From contig NIVC01002880.1 in NCBI GenBank assembly GCA_002269645.1, positions 1 to 20,914 on the forward strand: a stretch of DNA of 20,914 bases, read 5' to 3'. The stretch's first letter is position 1, and each line of letters opens with the position of its first letter. Made by a program: the position numbers and the translations under genes. This DNA comes from Macrostomum lignano (lineage: Eukaryota). Shown here piece by piece: positions 18,545 through 20,914 of the stretch. Below the pieces are notes generated by a model. That model ran no database searches. It saw nothing but the letters and a program-made list of their open reading frames with translations, and was not told where the DNA came from.

Positions 18545-19507
18545 AGAAAAGGCAAGCAGTTAAAAGCTGACAGTGTTTACTGGCTGCAACTGAGTGTCAT
18601 AAGCAACTGGGAGTGAATATTTGAAATCTTTTTTCGTAAGTCTTTATTGCTGCAATACTGGTACAATATCCACACTTACAAGCTAGTAGATGCTGGTTAT
18701 ATTTTTTTGGTTCTCCCTTAAGCTAGCTCTCTGCATGCATATTCTATTGATCCCTATTCGTAAAAGTTCGTTTCTATTTGCCTCCTACGCAGACTCAATC
18801 GGTAAAAAATGCAAAATGAAGCCAATAGTTAATTAACAAACCAATCACCGAGTGGAAAAATGCTGACATTATATATATATTTTTTAAAAAAATATCGAAT
18901 TCACATGGTGCAATCATAGTCAATAAACAATGCATGGAACAATGAATTACAAATACAGACGAGAGTTTAGAAGCAGAAATATAGCTGAAAAGTTCAATAA
19001 TTAAAGAATGAGGAAACACCGCATCAAAGCAGTAGAAAGAAAATTATACCTAATCAATCGCACCAAGCATACGAAACCATCACCAATTTATTGAAAGTAT
19101 GTTATGTTGATTTTAATTTGTTAAATTCAACTGTATAATGTTTCACCTACTTTTCAAATAATTTTTTTTTACCTCGGATACCAAAAAAATATTGGTTGCC
19201 ACTACGAGCTACGAGCTTTTTTTAAAACTAATTTGGAAATGAAAACTGAAAACTTATAAGCAAGATTCCTAGAAGCGAATACAGAGTTATGAGATGATCA
19301 AATCATTAATTAATGTACCTACTTTCAACTTTAAAAAGCTAGTTGAAATAAAGTTTTAGCAATAACTAGCAATCTTCGCCCCCGATGGGGACATCTAGAT
19401 AGAATCTCTGTTCTCTACAAGTATCAATAAGATGGCCAAACAAAGCCTTCACATAGTCAATAGAAAAACTGCTCAGATGAAGTGCAATGCAAAAAGAAAA
19501 CATCCTA

Positions 19508-19740
19508 AGACAGCAAGCATCCCCCTAGATAGCAAGCACCTCCAGATAGCAAGCACCACCAGATAGCAAGCACCTCCAGATAGCAAGCACCACCAGATAG
19601 CAAGCACCCCCAGATAGCAAGCACCCCCAGATAGCAAGCACCCCCAGATAGCAAGCACCCCCAGATAGCAAGCACCCCAGATAGCAAGCAACCAATTGAT
19701 AGCAAGTATTGATCCTATACTAAATAGCAAGCATCCACCG
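19508..19740. repeat. 17-bp tandem repeat, about 11-12 copies
   Basis: Unit AGATAGCAAGCACC(C/T/A)CC; starts at 19527, 19544, 19561 and onward. Confidence 0.93.
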
Positions 19741-19842
19741 GACAATAAGTAGCAAGTGCAACAATTTCCTTAGCTTTATAATGGCTCCTTTGTGATTGGC
19801 ATGACGCTTCTTTTTACGTTTGAAATTGTGTCTCCTATGTTT

Positions 19843-20817
19843 GACTTGGTGGCTCTTTAATGTTCGACATGCTGGCTCTTTAATGTTCAATATGGTGGCT
19901 CTTTAATGTACGACATGGTGGCTCTTTACTGTTAGACATGGTGGCTCTTTAATGTTTTACATGGTGGCTCTTTAATGTTTGACATGGTGGCTCTTTAATG
20001 TTCGACATGGTGGCTCTTTAATGTTTGAAATGGTGGCTCTTTAATGTTTGACATAAAGTCACATATATGTTTGACATGGTGGCTCTTTAATGTTCGACAT
20101 GGTGGCTCTTTTATGTTCGACATGGTGGCTCTTTTTAATATCTGACATGGTGGCTCTTCTATGTTTGACATGGTGGCTTTTTAATGTTTAACATGGTGGC
20201 TCTTTTATGTTTGACATGGTGGCTCTTAAATGTTTGACATGGTGGCTCTTAAATCTTTGACATGGTGGCTTCTAAATGTTTGACATGGTGGCTCTTTAAT
20301 GTTCTTCATGGTGGCTCTTTAATATTCTACATAGTGGCTCTTTAATTTTCGACATGGTGGCTCTTTAATGTTCTACATGGTAACTCTTTTATGTTTGATA
20401 CAGTGGCTTTTTAATGTCTGACATGTTGTCTCTTTTATGTTTGACATGGTGGCTCTTTAGTGTTCAACAAAGTGGTTCTTTTATGTTTGACATGCTGGCT
20501 TTTAATTGTTTGACATGGTGGCTCTTTAATGTTCTACATGGTGGCCCTTTAATGTTCGACATGCTGGCTCTTTACTGTTAGACATGGTGGCTCTTTTAGG
20601 TTTGACATGGTGGCTCTTAAATGTTTGACATGGTGGCCTCTTTAATGTTTCACATGGTGGCTCTTTAATATTTGACATAAAGTCACATATATGTTTAACA
20701 TGGTGGCTCCTAAATGTTTGACATGGTGGCTCTTTATGTTTGACATGGTGGCTCTTTTATGTTTGGCATGGTGGCTCTTTAATGTTCGACATGGTGGCTC
20801 TTTAATGTTCGACATGG
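19843..20817. repeat. 23-bp tandem minisatellite, about 40 diverged copies
   Basis: Unit GACATGGTGGCTCTTTAATGTT(T/C); the variant block ACATAAAGTCACATATATGTT occurs twice (about 20051 and 20675). Confidence 0.96.
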
Positions 20818-20914
20818 CCCTATTGGAATAAATGTTAAAAACCCGCGGATGCGCGCTTTGGAAAAGAGTCAAACTATTTTACCGCGCTTTAGGATTATTA
20901 GAGATGTTCCGAAA

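Noticed and set aside
18163-18563. Two other minus-strand ORFs and one plus-strand ORF over the 18/21-bp repeats
   Set aside because: They are alternative frames of stop-free repeats. Only the ATG 18544 frame has both a start codon and a splice donor in the phase that joins polB.
19484-19740. Possible degenerate right TIR: AATGCAAA and CACCCC/AGATAG words resemble the reverse complement of the 53-bp left repeat
   Set aside because: Only 6-8 nt words are shared, with different unit length and order, and there is no terminal CTACTACT; not distinguishable from chance by eye.
19473-20872. Hydrophobic or repetitive ORFs (90, 66 and 76 aa)
   Set aside because: They are translations of the 17-bp and 23-bp tandem repeats.

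Overview
The window is an AT-rich animal genomic region carrying a near-complete Polinton/Maverick (adintovirus-like) endogenous dsDNA virus, with its gene core at about 5660-18545. Plus strand, in order: tandem-PC4-domain protein, retroviral-like integrase with chromodomain, minor capsid (penton), basic core-like protein, double-jelly-roll major capsid, adenain-like protease, packaging ATPase, two conserved Polinton ORFs, a DEDD/Maelstrom-like nuclease-fold ORF and, unexpectedly, a TATA-binding-protein (TBP) homolog. The minus strand carries a protein-primed family B DNA polymerase that appears spliced to a repeat-encoded N-terminal exon. PC4, MCP and ATPase are each broken by one -1 frameshift, and each can be repaired by adding one base to a 4-nt homopolymer, so the element may be intact and mis-assembled. 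A candidate AGTAGTAG left terminus (4838) is followed by a hairpin repeat array; no matching right TIR is visible in the window. Flanks hold several tandem arrays, a Merlin/IS1595-type transposase remnant and many TAGGCCTA palindromes. The most interesting signal is a TBP-like plus PC4-like 'basal transcription' pair in a Polinton, with an identical GTATATAAG box upstream of both units. All family assignments come from motif recognition by eye; no database searches were run.
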